Positions 1 to 10,498 of a stretch of DNA of 64,000 nt are shown piece after piece. The position numbers and the translations under genes are program-made. The notes under the pieces are model-generated. The model was not told where the DNA came from and did no database searches. It saw nothing but the letters and a program-made list of their open reading frames with translations. The DNA lies in NCBI GenBank assembly GCA_963699545.1, contig CAVOUE010000002.1:1-64000 (forward strand), given 5' to 3'. Within the stretch, counting starts at the first letter, position 1. Every line of letters starts with the position of its first letter. Source of the stretch: Nitrospirota bacterium (lineage in GTDB: Bacteria > Nitrospirota > Thermodesulfovibrionia > Thermodesulfovibrionales > UBA9159).

Positions 1-907
1 GCTAGTCTCGCATTAAGCTGCATAAGCCGCTCCTTTATGAGAGCGCCCTTTGCATATCCCACCGCAAGACCGGTCCCCGCGCAGATGTTCCCGATATCCC
101 CGATATGGTTATAGAGCCTCTCAAGCTCCAGCACCAGGGTCCTTATGGCCTTTGCCTTCTCCGGAATGTCGATCCCTGCCATCCTTTCCACAGCCATGCA
201 GTACGCAACGGAATGGGAAAAGGACGACGTGCCTGAAACCCTCTCTGCAAGCTTCACTCCTTCGGCAAACCCCAGGGCCTCGAAATGCTTCTCCGTGCCC
301 TTGTGCGTATAGAACAGCCTCGGCTCAAGAAGAATATCGTCTCCCCCATCGCGCTGAACCTGAAATGGCCGGGCTCGATGATCCCCGCGTGGACCGGTCC
401 CACCGGGATCTCGTAGATCCCTTCCCCTTTGACCTTCATGAAATGATACGGCTCCTTCGGAACGGTCCCCTCTCCCCACTCTTCCAGATCAGTTCCGGTA
501 ATGCTCCAGTCCTTCCTCAACGGATACGAATCCCCCGGAAAGGAATCGTGAAAAACAAGTCTCCTCGGGTCAGGATGTCCCTTCGGCACAAGGCCGAACA
601 TATCCCTGATTTCACGTTCATACCAGTGGGCAGCGGGAATGTCCGGGGTGATGGAGGGGAAGGTGAGGTCGTCTTTCAGAGAGAGCACAACAATGTCGAA
701 CCGGTCAGCCCCGGGGATCGAAAATACCGTATATATCCTGAAGACCCCATCCGTTCTTCTCTCGTCCGTGGCGAACATGAGGCGGAGGATCCCGTGCTCT
801 TTGTGCAGCAACTGGCATGCATCCTTGAAATCGTCCCTGTTCACGTGGATATACCGTTCATTCAGATGTTCCCGTGTCTTCACCGCTTTTTTCAGAATCT
901 TCTCCAT
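1..907 (-). CDS. hyfG: Hyf/Ehr-type large subunit (NuoC+NuoD-like fusion), runs off the window start, frameshift near 326
   Basis: ORF 254-907 has AAHWYEREIRDMFGL, GHPDPRRL and GPVHAGIIEPGHFRF. The alternative frame continues EPRLFYTHKGTEKHFE...ERVSGTSSFSH...ELERLYNHIGDIG. Confidence 0.85.
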
Positions 908-2433
908 TACTTCACCCCCAGGTTGGTGATGCAGGCCTTAATGGTGCTGTCGAGGAAATCCGGGACCATGAATCCGAGGACGATGATGGACAGGGCCATT
1001 ACAATCATTACCGCATTACCGAGAACATCCGAAAATCCGCAGGAACGGAAACAGAAACCCTCTGATAGTGTTTCAACCTCCGTACCTTTCGTCCGTTTTT
1101 CTTCTTCCTCTCCCGTCCTCCCGAACAACATTCTTCCAAACCCGGACAATATTCCGTAAAAGACGATGACCGCAAAGATCAGAAACACCACCACCACAGG
1201 CCAGAGTCCCTTGTCCACCGCGGCCTTCAGGATGGTAAATTCGCTCAGGAAGATATTGAACGGCGGAGTGCCCGCAAGGGAGAGGGCCCCGATGAACGTC
1301 AGTGTCCCAAGGAGGGGCATGGAGGAGAGAACCCCTCGGACATTCTCGATGCGTGTGGAACCATAATGGGACTGGATCTTCCCCGAGGCAAAGAACATGA
1401 GAGGCTTCGCAAGGGCATGGTTCAGGATGTGAAGGAGTGCGCCGTATATCCCCACGGGTCCGCCTATCCCGACCCCCAGGGAAATGATCCCCATGTGTTC
1501 GATGCTGCTGTACGCGAGGAGCCTCTTGTAATTATTTTGGACAAGGATGAATATGGACGAGAGGCCGATGGAGATGAGGCCGAAAAGGATGAGGAGATTG
1601 CCGGTGAAAAGGTCGCCGGTGGAAGGCTCCACAATGGCGACGAACCTCATCACCCCGTAAAATGCGGTATTCAGCAGGATCCCGGAAAGCAGGGCGCTGA
1701 TGGGGCTGGGTGCCTGGCTATGGGCGTCGGGAAGCCAGTTATGCACAGGAGCAAGTCCTGCCTTGGTGCCATATCCCACAATGATAAAGATGAAGGCAAG
1801 CTTCATGGTCGAAGGGTTCAGTGTGCCGGCAATGCCCCTCAGCACCGTCCAGTTCAACGCCCCCTCGGTTCCCACAACGGCAGTGGACGCATAGTAGGTA
1901 ATGAATGTCCCCAGAAGGGCGAAGGTGATACCCACCGTGCAGAGGATGATATATTTCCACGCAGCCTCTATGGCGAGGTGCCGCTTATGAAACCCGAGTC
2001 CGATGAGAACGGCAGAGACAATGGTAGTCGCCTCTATCGCGATCCACATCAGGGCGAGGTTGTTCGCGACCGTCACCAGGAGCATGGTAAAGATGAACAG
2101 ATGGAGCAGGGCATAATACCTCCTCATTCCGGTTATGTCGGTCAGATGAACCTTCAATTCGTGTTCGAGATAGCTGATGGAGTAGAGGGCTGATGCCAGA
2201 CCAAGGAATATCACCATCGCCATGACATATCCCGAAAGAGCGTCCATATACAGTATCCCGTTCATCCCCTCCGCCGGGGAAGCCGGGGAAGAAAGAACAG
2301 AAAGGACCACAGGCAGGGAAACCCCTGTGAGGACAACGGCTCCCGCCAGGCTCATATACCCGATGCCCCTGGAGTTCTTCAGCGCGTAACAGAGCGCTGC
2401 AGTGACCAGAGGTATCAAAAGTATCGTTATCAT
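907..2433 (-). CDS. hyfF: Hydrogenase-4 component F-like antiporter subunit (NuoL/M/N family)
   Basis: Polytopic protein with WIAIEATT, EAAWKY, GYGTKAGLAPVHNWLPDAHSQAPSPISALLSG and KRLLAYSSIEHMG. Confidence 0.9.
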   Translation of the reverse strand: MITILLIPLVTAALCYALKNSRGIGYMSLAGAVVLTGVSLPVVLSVLSSPASPAEGMNGILYMDALSGYVMAMVIFLGLASALYSISYLEHELKVHLTDITGMRRYYALLHLFIFTMLLVTVANNLALMWIAIEATTIVSAVLIGLGFHKRHLAIEAAWKYIILCTVGITFALLGTFITYYASTAVVGTEGALNWTVLRGIAGTLNPSTMKLAFIFIIVGYGTKAGLAPVHNWLPDAHSQAPSPISALLSGILLNTAFYGVMRFVAIVEPSTGDLFTGNLLILFGLISIGLSSIFILVQNNYKRLLAYSSIEHMGIISLGVGIGGPVGIYGALLHILNHALAKPLMFFASGKIQSHYGSTRIENVRGVLSSMPLLGTLTFIGALSLAGTPPFNIFLSEFTILKAAVDKGLWPVVVVFLIFAVIVFYGILSGFGRMLFGRTGEEEEKRTKGTEVETLSEGFCFRSCGFSDVLGNAVMIVMALSIIVLGFMVPDFLDSTIKACITNLGVK

Positions 2434-2437
2434 CGGT

Positions 2438-3112
2438 CTATCCCTTCAATGTCGTCAGTTTGTCGAGGTTCGAAGAAGTGAAGGTACGCTTGATCTGCAC
2501 CGCAAATATTCCCAGTATGATCACCCCCATGAGCATGTCGACCAGCAGCCCGAGCTCTATGATGATGGGCATCCCATAGGTCAGAGCAAACCCTGCAAGG
2601 AAAAGTCCGTTCTCCATGAAGAGCAACCCTATCACCTGGGTGATCGCCTTTCTGCGGGTGATCATGATGAACAGCCCGATGAGGATTACCGCAATGGATA
2701 TCTGGAGCACATTTTTTGAAAACCCGGACACAAAGATACCTTCCCTGAGGGAGGCATAGACCACCGCCACAAGAACCCCTGATATGGTGAGGGAAAGGGC
2801 ATTGCTTATGTACGGTTCCACATCGTGGGTCACCTTCATCTGTCGGACCGCCCTTTTCAGGAACATCGGGATCAGGATGCCCTTGCTCACGAGGGTGACG
2901 GCGGATGCAGTGTAGAGGTGGGTTTCCCCGATCATGAATGCCACGATGGCGACGAGGGACGAGAGGAGCCAGGAGTTCAGCGTGTAGGTTTTCACGCACG
3001 ACTCGAGCCTCTTGATGGCGTTCATCGATACCGCCGTGAGGAGTATCCCCACCGATATGAAATCGATCACCGAAAATGCCTGGATCCAGTTCTTCATCAT
3101 CACCTCATGCAA
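2438..3112 (-). CDS. hyfE: Hydrogenase-4 component E-like membrane subunit
   Basis: Hydrophobic 224 aa with RRKAITQVIGLLFMENG and GMPIIIELG; lies between hyfC and hyfF. Confidence 0.85.
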   Translation of the reverse strand: MHEVMMKNWIQAFSVIDFISVGILLTAVSMNAIKRLESCVKTYTLNSWLLSSLVAIVAFMIGETHLYTASAVTLVSKGILIPMFLKRAVRQMKVTHDVEPYISNALSLTISGVLVAVVYASLREGIFVSGFSKNVLQISIAVILIGLFIMITRRKAITQVIGLLFMENGLFLAGFALTYGMPIIIELGLLVDMLMGVIILGIFAVQIKRTFTSSNLDKLTTLKG

Positions 3113-3127
3113 GCAGACAGTAACTCA

Positions 3128-3176
3128 TAACGCCCCCCAACCCCCTCTTAGCTTAAGAGGGGGTTGGGGGGCGTTA
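3128..3176. repeat. Perfect 23-bp inverted repeat (REP-like hairpin) between hyfC and hyfE
   Basis: TAACGCCCCCCAACCCCCTCTTA-gct-TAAGAGGGGGTTGGGGGGCGTTA. Confidence 0.9.
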
Positions 3177-3205
3177 CTCGAAAGAATTCTTCTTTCCGCA
3201 TTCAT

Positions 3206-4123
3206 TCACTTCCCCATCATGATGTACGTCAACAGCGACAGGAGCGCCAGGACAAATGCCCCTCCGAGAAGAGAGGGGAGCTGAAAGAACCTCAGCTTCG
3301 CCCTCGTTGATTCTATGGCCGCCATGAGGAGCGCCATGAAACACATCTTGAGAACATATGCAACAAATGATACGCCGAGCCCTGTCAAGGCCGTGTTATT
3401 CGGGATCCCCACGGGGAAGAAGATATCCACCGCAAGGGTGAAGAGAAGCATCTGTTTCATGTAGTGCGCCCATTCCATAAGGGCAAGGTATCTCCCGGAA
3501 TATTCCAGGATCATCCCCTCGTGGATCATCGTAAGCTCAAGGTGCGTATCAGGATTGTCAACGGGTATCCTGCCGGTCTCTGCCACGATGGCAACGATGA
3601 ATGCGGACAGGGCAAGGATATGGGACGGTGAATAAAAGATATCCTGAGCCTCAGCGATCTTTGCGATGTTGGTTGATCCCGCTGATATGGCTGCGGTGAA
3701 TATGCTCAGCATCATCATCGGTTCCACAAGGATCGCCACCGCCATCTCCCTGCTGCTTCCCTCACCGCCAAAGACAGTTCCTGCATCGAGCCCTGCCAGG
3801 GCCATAAAGAAGCGCCCCATGGCAAGGATATAGATCAGTGCTATCACATCCCCCATGACGCCGAAGGGAGACCGCGTGGTGATCACGGGTGTGATCATCG
3901 CAGCGGCAATGGTTGACGCAAACACGATGTAGGGCGTCGCTTTGAATACCCACGAGGTGACATGGGAGACCACCATGTCCTTTTTCATCAGCCGTATCAG
4001 GTCATAATAAGGCTGGAATACACCCGGGCCGACCCTCCCCTGCATGCGCGCCTTTACCTTCTTTATCACCCCCTGTATCAGGGGAGAGAAGAGGACGATA
4101 ATAAAGAACTGAAGGTACTCCAT
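3206..4123 (-). CDS. hyfC: Hydrogenase-4 component C-like subunit (NuoH family)
   Basis: KARMQGRVGP, QPYYDL, GSSRE and AETGRIPVDNPDTHLELTMIHEGMILEYSG. Confidence 0.9.
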   Translation of the reverse strand: MEYLQFFIIVLFSPLIQGVIKKVKARMQGRVGPGVFQPYYDLIRLMKKDMVVSHVTSWVFKATPYIVFASTIAAAMITPVITTRSPFGVMGDVIALIYILAMGRFFMALAGLDAGTVFGGEGSSREMAVAILVEPMMMLSIFTAAISAGSTNIAKIAEAQDIFYSPSHILALSAFIVAIVAETGRIPVDNPDTHLELTMIHEGMILEYSGRYLALMEWAHYMKQMLLFTLAVDIFFPVGIPNNTALTGLGVSFVAYVLKMCFMALLMAAIESTRAKLRFFQLPSLLGGAFVLALLSLLTYIMMGK

Positions 4124-4124
4124 A

Positions 4125-6118
4125 TCAACCCCCGAATATGAGAAGGACGATGAGCGTCACCAGTATGTATCCGAGATAGAGGTGGAGACTCCCTGACTGA
4201 AGCAATCTCACCTTCCCGGCGATCCCGTGAATAAAGCGTGTGACCGGCTCATAGAAGTATCGTTCAAAGAACGGGGTGATCTCACTGCTGTAGGTTATCG
4301 ACTTTACAAAGAACGGTTTCAGGAGGTAGGAAACGCTCAGTTCCCGCTTCGGCAGATAGATCCTCTTAAAGATCAGGCGTATCGGTTTTGTGAATGCCGT
4401 TGCCGTGTACTGCATCCTCGCGGTAAGGGCAGTCATGCCGCAGTCCCATGAATCACCGTAGAGCGTTTTTCTCCTTCCGCCCACGCAAAGAACGAAGACC
4501 ACCACCGCCACGGCCGCGGCCAGGATCGCGACGAGTATCCCCCCGGGAGAGAGGGAAGATGCAGTCTCTCCGATGGTGAGGACGGTAGTGCCCGGTGACA
4601 GACCGGCGGCGCCGGTGAGGGCGAATACCGGGGGGGAGATGACCGTGATCACCGCGCCGGGGAACAACCCCAGGAGGAGAGCAGAGGAGAGCAAGGAAGG
4701 CCATGCCGATGATCATGGAAGGTGACGATTCCTTCACGTTCTCGGCATGGCTGCTTCTCGGCATTCCCAGAAAGGATATGCCGAATGCTTTTACAAAACA
4801 CGCTGCAGCCAGCGCTCCCGTGAGGGCAAGGGCGGCGCCGCCCAGGGGCGATATGATCTTTGAGGTCACCGAAGGAGAGGCAAACCCCAGAAGCAGCGAC
4901 TGAAACGTAAGCCATTCACTCACGAACCCGTTAAAAGGAGGAAGCGCACAGATGGATACGGACCCTACCAGGAAGAAGAATCCCGTGTAGGGCATTGATT
5001 TAAGCAGGCCCCCCATATCCTCCATGTTCTTTGTATGGGTCCCATGCATCACCGAACCCGCCCCGAGAAAGAGCAGTCCCTTGAACACGGCGTGGTTCAG
5101 CGTGTGGTAAAGCCCTGCAATGAGGGCGATGGCAGAAAGGCTGTAAAGGCCGTTACTCCCGAACATCATGGAGGCGCCTATGCCGAGAAGGATGATACCG
5201 ATATTTTCGACACTGTGGTAGGCAAGCAGCCTCTTTATGTCGTGCTCCATCAGCGCATAGAGAACGCCGAGGATCGAGGAGACCCGCCCCTATTACAATG
5301 AGGCTTATTCCCCACCATTCCGGACCCTGTCCGAGAAGGTCCATATTCATCCTCACCATCCCGTAGATCCCCGTCTTGATCATCACGCCTGACATGAGGG
5401 AAGAGATATTGGACGGCGCCGCAGGATGTGCCCGGGGCAGCCATGTATGAAGGGGGATGATCCCCGCCTTGGTTCCGAACCCGGTCAGGAACAGGAGGAA
5501 GACGATTGAACGCACCCCGGCAGGCAGTTGCATTGAAGCCGCTTTCATCCCTGCGAAGTCCATATGTCCTGTGAAGCGATAGAGGATGAGAAAAGCTGCG
5601 ATAATGAAAGCGGTACCGATATGGGTCATCACCGCATAGAGAAGTCCCGCCTTTGACGATTCTTCATCCCTGTCAAGGGTGACAAGGAAATAGGAGACAA
5701 CGGACATGGTCTCCCAGGATATGAGAAAGGTGATGATGTTCCCCGACATGACGACGGCGTACATGCTCAGGATGAAACCGTTGAAGAAAACGCCCATCAG
5801 CCTCCTGTGCTTCAACTCCCGCGCATACCCGATGGAATAAAGGGATACAGGGAAGGCCACAAGGGAGATCACGATCAGAAAGAATCCTGAAACGGCATCT
5901 CCGTAAAAGAGAAACTCGAAGACCGATGAAATGGGAACGGGGGGGAGAACAACGGGAAGGCCGAAGGAAAGGAAGAGACCGAGCACGGCAAAATTCAGGG
6001 CACCAGCAGCAGCGAGGATAAAGCACGGGGTCTTTATCCTCCGGAGGGGCACCAGGGAAACAACCGACCCCAAAAGAAAACAGAGAACACCTATAGAGAG
6101 TAACTTTTCAGGGTACAT
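4125..6118 (-). CDS. hyfB: Hydrogenase-4 component B-like antiporter subunit, frameshifts near 5285 and 4680
   Basis: ORFs 5153-6118, 4453-5250 and 4125-4694 join into one protein: GFGTKAGIIPLHTWLPRAHPAAPS, KRLLAYHSVENIG, PPFNGFVSEW, WDCG, LQSGSLHLYL. Confidence 0.85.
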
Positions 6119-6235
6119 GATGGAAAACAGCGTTCATGATATCACAGGCAGACAACGAAAAGCAATGAAGAGAATACAGCAACACTGCATGATCCCGCAC
6201 CCGGAAAAACATCCCTTCGCTGCGCAAACGACCTT

Positions 6236-7129
6236 TTAGGGGATCACCTTGTTCAATGTGTACTCGACGATGCCCGAGGCGCCCGCGCCCTTCAGTTTCG
6301 GGATGATATCCCGCACCGTCCTCTCATCGATCACCACATCAATGGCGTACCATCCGGCGTCCGAGAGGGACGAGACCGTGGGGGAATGCATGGAGGAAAG
6401 GAGACTCAATACTTTTTTGAACGCCTGCTGCGGGACATTCATCTTGAGCCCGACCTTCTCCTCGGCGGCAAGGGCGCCTTTCAGGAGCAGGGCAAGGTTT
6501 TCCATCTTCCGCCTCTTCCACTTGTTGTGCCAGGCCTTCCTGTTCGCCACAAACCTCGTGGTGGACTCGATGATAGTGTCCACGACCCTCAGGTTATTCG
6601 CCCGCAAGGACGTACCGGTCTCGGTTATCTCCACGATGGCGTCCGCAAGGTAGGGGGGCTTCACCTCGGTAGCGCCCCAGGAAAAGTCCACTTCGGCCTT
6701 GATCCCCTTGGCTTTGAAATATCTCTTCGTAAATCCCACGAGCTCCGTGGCAACCCGTTTTCCGTTAAGGTCTCTGATGCTCTTGATCTTCGAATCAACC
6801 GGCACCGCAATGACCCACTGCACCGGCCTGAAGCCCTCCTTTGCATACCTCAGTTCAGCGATCTCCACCACGTCGGCGTTCTGCTCAAGCACCCAATCAT
6901 GGCCGGTCAGTCCGCAGTCCAGGACACCGTCCTCGACATACCGCGCCATCTCCTGAGCCCTGATGAGCATTGATTCTATTTCAGGGTCATCGAAAACAGG
7001 GTAATAGGAACGGGTCGAAACGCTGATATGATAGCCTGCCTTCTTAAAAAGCCTCAGTGTCGACTCCTGCAGACTCCCTTTGGGAAGTCCGAGCCTGAGG
7101 ATGTTTCCCTTCTTATTCTTGTTATTCAC
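6236..7129 (-). CDS. hisG: ATP phosphoribosyltransferase (long form)
   Basis: [38 protein letters not shown] and a C-terminal SPTVSSL regulatory domain. Confidence 0.95.
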   Translation of the reverse strand: MNNKNKKGNILRLGLPKGSLQESTLRLFKKAGYHISVSTRSYYPVFDDPEIESMLIRAQEMARYVEDGVLDCGLTGHDWVLEQNADVVEIAELRYAKEGFRPVQWVIAVPVDSKIKSIRDLNGKRVATELVGFTKRYFKAKGIKAEVDFSWGATEVKPPYLADAIVEITETGTSLRANNLRVVDTIIESTTRFVANRKAWHNKWKRRKMENLALLLKGALAAEEKVGLKMNVPQQAFKKVLSLLSSMHSPTVSSLSDAGWYAIDVVIDERTVRDIIPKLKGAGASGIVEYTLNKVIP

Positions 7130-8396
7130 GAGCCGTCACCTCCTCGGGCAGACCGATCCTTCCCAGGACCGCGGTCGCTGCCGCCACCGCGGGATTCGCC
7201 AGGTAGACCTCACTCGCGGGATCCCCCATCCTTCCCACAAAGTTCCTGTTCGTAGTGGCCAGCGCCCTTTCGCCCTTCGCAAGGATGCCCATATGTCCCC
7301 CAAGGCATGGTCCGCATGTGGGCGTCGAAACAACCGCCTCAGCGTCTATGAAGATCTCCAGCAACCCTTCTTTCATCGCTTCCTTGTAGATCTGCTGGGT
7401 CGCGGGGATCACGATCATCCGCACATTGGGGTTCACCTTCCTGCCCCTGATCACCTGCGCCGCCTCCCTCAGGTCTTCGAGCCTTCCATTCGTGCAGGAA
7501 CCGACGACCACCTGATCTATGGTCACCTGCGACAACTCCGCGGCAGGTTTCGTGTTCGACGGCAGATGGGGACAGGAGACCGTGGGCGGGATCTTTGAAC
7601 AGTCGTATTCCCGCACTTCCGCATACGCCGCATCCGCATCGGACCCGTAGAAAGTGTACGGCCTCTTTGCCCTTCCCTTTGCATAGGCCTCGGTGACCGC
7701 ATCCGGGATGATGATGCCGTTCTTGCCCCCGGCCTCTATCGCCATATTGCACATGGTGAGCCTTCCATACATGGGCAGGGCCCTGATAGCCTCTCCTTCA
7801 AATTCCATCGCCCTGTAAAGCGCTCCGTCAACCCCGATATCCCCTATGGTATGAAGGATGAGGTCTTTTCCCCCCACCCATTTCCCGGGCTTGCCATAAT
7901 AGATGAACTTCATTGACTCGGGGACCTTGAACCAGCATTCTCCCGTAGCCATGGCAGCTGCGACGTCGGTGGAACCGACCCCCGTCGCAAAGGCGCCAAG
8001 AGCGCCATAGGTGCAGGTATGACTGTCGGCACCTATCACAAGGTCTCCGGGGACCACCAGTCCCTGCTCGGGCAGGAGCGCATGCTCAACGCCCATCCTT
8101 CCCACCTCGAAATAGAGTCTCAGGTCATATTCCTTCGAAAAGACCTTCAGCATCCTGCACTGCTCCGCAGCCTTGATGTCTTTCTGGGGAGCAAAATGAT
8201 CCGGGATGAAGGCGATGCGGTCCTTCGCAAACACATCCTTCGCACCGATCTTCTTGAATTCCCTTATGGCGATGGGCGCGGTGATGTCATTGGCCAGGAC
8301 GAGGTCAACCTTTGCGTTGATCAGCTCCCCGGGAGACACTCCCGGTTTTCCTGAGTGAGCTGCAAGAATCTTTTCCGTGATCGTCATCTCTTCCAC
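7122..8396 (-). CDS. leuC: 3-isopropylmalate dehydratase large subunit
   Basis: [43 protein letters not shown] and [10 protein letters not shown]. Confidence 0.93.
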   Translation of the reverse strand: MEEMTITEKILAAHSGKPGVSPGELINAKVDLVLANDITAPIAIREFKKIGAKDVFAKDRIAFIPDHFAPQKDIKAAEQCRMLKVFSKEYDLRLYFEVGRMGVEHALLPEQGLVVPGDLVIGADSHTCTYGALGAFATGVGSTDVAAAMATGECWFKVPESMKFIYYGKPGKWVGGKDLILHTIGDIGVDGALYRAMEFEGEAIRALPMYGRLTMCNMAIEAGGKNGIIIPDAVTEAYAKGRAKRPYTFYGSDADAAYAEVREYDCSKIPPTVSCPHLPSNTKPAAELSQVTIDQVVVGSCTNGRLEDLREAAQVIRGRKVNPNVRMIVIPATQQIYKEAMKEGLLEIFIDAEAVVSTPTCGPCLGGHMGILAKGERALATTNRNFVGRMGDPASEVYLANPAVAAATAVLGRIGLPEEVTARE

Positions 8397-8471
8397 CGTT
8401 CAACAGCAAGATTTGAGATAATTATTATACTGCCGGCGTGTACATATTAACAAGAGTTCTCCAAGCAACGG

Positions 8472-9974
8472 TCAGAGCTGCTGCACCCTCCGGCTGACAT
8501 CCTTGTAATGATAATCCTCGGCAAGTATCTTCTCGTATACCGCCCTTGCCTGCTCCTTCTCTCCGGCAGCTTCGTAACAGAGCCCGAGACCGTAGTACGG
8601 CTCAAGGTTCGACTTGCCGACCGGCTCGTTCCCGATGACCCTGGAGAACTTTTCCATGGCCAGTTTTATCATGCCCTTTTCGAGGAATATCTTCCCGATC
8701 ACTACTGAAGCGGCGGCATAGTGCGCCGCGTCCGGACCGATCTTCTGGAAGGCGCTCAGCGCCCTTTCCGTCAGGTTCAGGCGCATGAATATCTCGCCTG
8801 CTTCGAAATATTCTCCGCCCTTCTCGTAAAGCTCGGCAGCCTTCAACGTCCAGTTCCTGTCCGCCACTGTATGGTATGCGTCTGCCGCGAGGATGTATTT
8901 CCCCCCTTTTTCATACGCCTCCGCTGCCCTGAGGAAATCATGTATCCTGAGGAACATTTCACCCGCCTCATTGAAGTGTCCTTTTTTGACCAGGAGTTCT
9001 CCTGCCTTCACATATTCACCCGCTTCAGCAAATATTTCAGAAGCCCGCAGCAGATCCCCGGACTTCTCCGCGAAGGAAGCAGCCTCCTTTATGAGTCCCT
9101 TTTTGTAGGAAAGAGCAGATGATATCTCGTTGGATTTCCTGATGTCACCACCCTTCTCGAAGCATTCGGCAGCCTTCTCAAGGTTCCCCGACTGCACAAA
9201 ACATTCGGCGGCCTTCATGAAATCCCCCTTCCCTTCATAGATCAGGGCAGCCTCGTTATGAAGGTTGCCTTTCAGAAAGATACGGATCGCCTTTTCAAGC
9301 TGGCCGGCTTTCCGGAACAGCTGACCGCTCATGGACGCATGCCGTTGCCTCGAGGAACCCGCAGCCGCGTGAAGCCCTTCTTCGATGAAACAGACTTCAT
9401 AGAGCTCCCCCGCCTTAGCGTACTGCCCTGCCTTTTCATAGAGTTCCGCCGCCCTTTGAAAAAAACCGCCCCTTTCATACATCTGCGCGGCATTCTTAAT
9501 ATCGTCAACCTTCAAAAAATTCTCCGCAGCCTTCGAATTATTGCCGACCTCCCGGTATAACAGGGCTGCATTTTCAAAATCCCCTGCATCTTCATACGCC
9601 CTGGCTGCCAACGCATGCTCCTTTACCTCAAGGTAAAGCCTCGCAGCTTCGGCAAACTCGTTCAGGGAACGGTGCAGGTCGGCAGCCGACAGGTAATCCT
9701 TTTCCGCCAGAGCCTTCCTGAGCTTCTTTATTACCGCTTCCCTCTCCGCCCTGCTTCTCGCCCTCTCCAGGAGAGAACTCCTCAGGAGCTGAAGCCGCCC
9801 TGCGATGCCTGTGCCCAGGGGTTTCAGCATTTTGCCGAGCATCACAAAGACAAGGACGAGAACAACCGCGGCAAGCAGGAAAGGAATAAAGGTTTCTGCC
9901 CAGGGAATATGCAGCCGCTGGGCGATCTGTCTGGAGAACTCATCAAGATACGATACTACTTTATTCACCGGCAT
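8472..9974 (-). CDS. Membrane-anchored TPR/alpha-solenoid protein
   Basis: One N-terminal hydrophobic helix followed by repeated AAELYEKAG-type helices. Confidence 0.75.
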   Translation of the reverse strand: MPVNKVVSYLDEFSRQIAQRLHIPWAETFIPFLLAAVVLVLVFVMLGKMLKPLGTGIAGRLQLLRSSLLERARSRAEREAVIKKLRKALAEKDYLSAADLHRSLNEFAEAARLYLEVKEHALAARAYEDAGDFENAALLYREVGNNSKAAENFLKVDDIKNAAQMYERGGFFQRAAELYEKAGQYAKAGELYEVCFIEEGLHAAAGSSRQRHASMSGQLFRKAGQLEKAIRIFLKGNLHNEAALIYEGKGDFMKAAECFVQSGNLEKAAECFEKGGDIRKSNEISSALSYKKGLIKEAASFAEKSGDLLRASEIFAEAGEYVKAGELLVKKGHFNEAGEMFLRIHDFLRAAEAYEKGGKYILAADAYHTVADRNWTLKAAELYEKGGEYFEAGEIFMRLNLTERALSAFQKIGPDAAHYAAASVVIGKIFLEKGMIKLAMEKFSRVIGNEPVGKSNLEPYYGLGLCYEAAGEKEQARAVYEKILAEDYHYKDVSRRVQQL

Positions 9975-10307
9975 CGTCTTTTTGCGCTCTTGCCCCTTCC
10001 CGGTAAAAGAACAGCCCGCTTGATAATAAATGATATTGCCGGGCGGGTCAATTATTTTTTGCGAGGTTCAGAGTATCCGGGTGCTTCGCCGTTGCGCATA
10101 CATGCGGTCTTTCAGCGGCATATGACTGACCCGGCTTGGGGAACCGTTGAGGGGCAAGGCTTTGTCGGGATCGTTGAACTTAATTCAGAAGAGACAGGAT
10201 AAATAAGCTGTAACATCCTGATTATAATTATTTTTTGTTCTGCCCAAAAAACAGGCGAAGCGGAGAACATCAAACAGGTACGGCAGGAGTGAATGTCATC
10301 CGGAAGC

Positions 10308-10338
10308 TTATCCACAGGTTATCAACAGATGTTAACAA
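10308..10338 (+). promoter_or_regulatory. DnaA-box cluster (one perfect, two degenerate)
   Basis: TTATCCACA at 10308-10316, TTATCAACA at 10319-10327 and TGTTAACAA at 10330-10338, near an AT-rich tract at ~10200-10250. Confidence 0.45.
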
Positions 10339-10498
10339 GTATCGGTAACGCGCCACGGGAGGAATTTTTTTTGAGGGAAGACCGGAATAATCCCGACCTG
10401 TGACGCCCGGAATGCAAACCCACTGGAAAGGCTCAAGAAACACTTATGCCGGAGGAAAAGAAGGAGGGGGTGGAGAGCACTTCCGATTTCCTTGCTTG

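Noticed and set aside
1-6118. Bona fide NiFe hydrogenase-4
   Set aside because: The L1 cysteine motif is replaced by SGTS.
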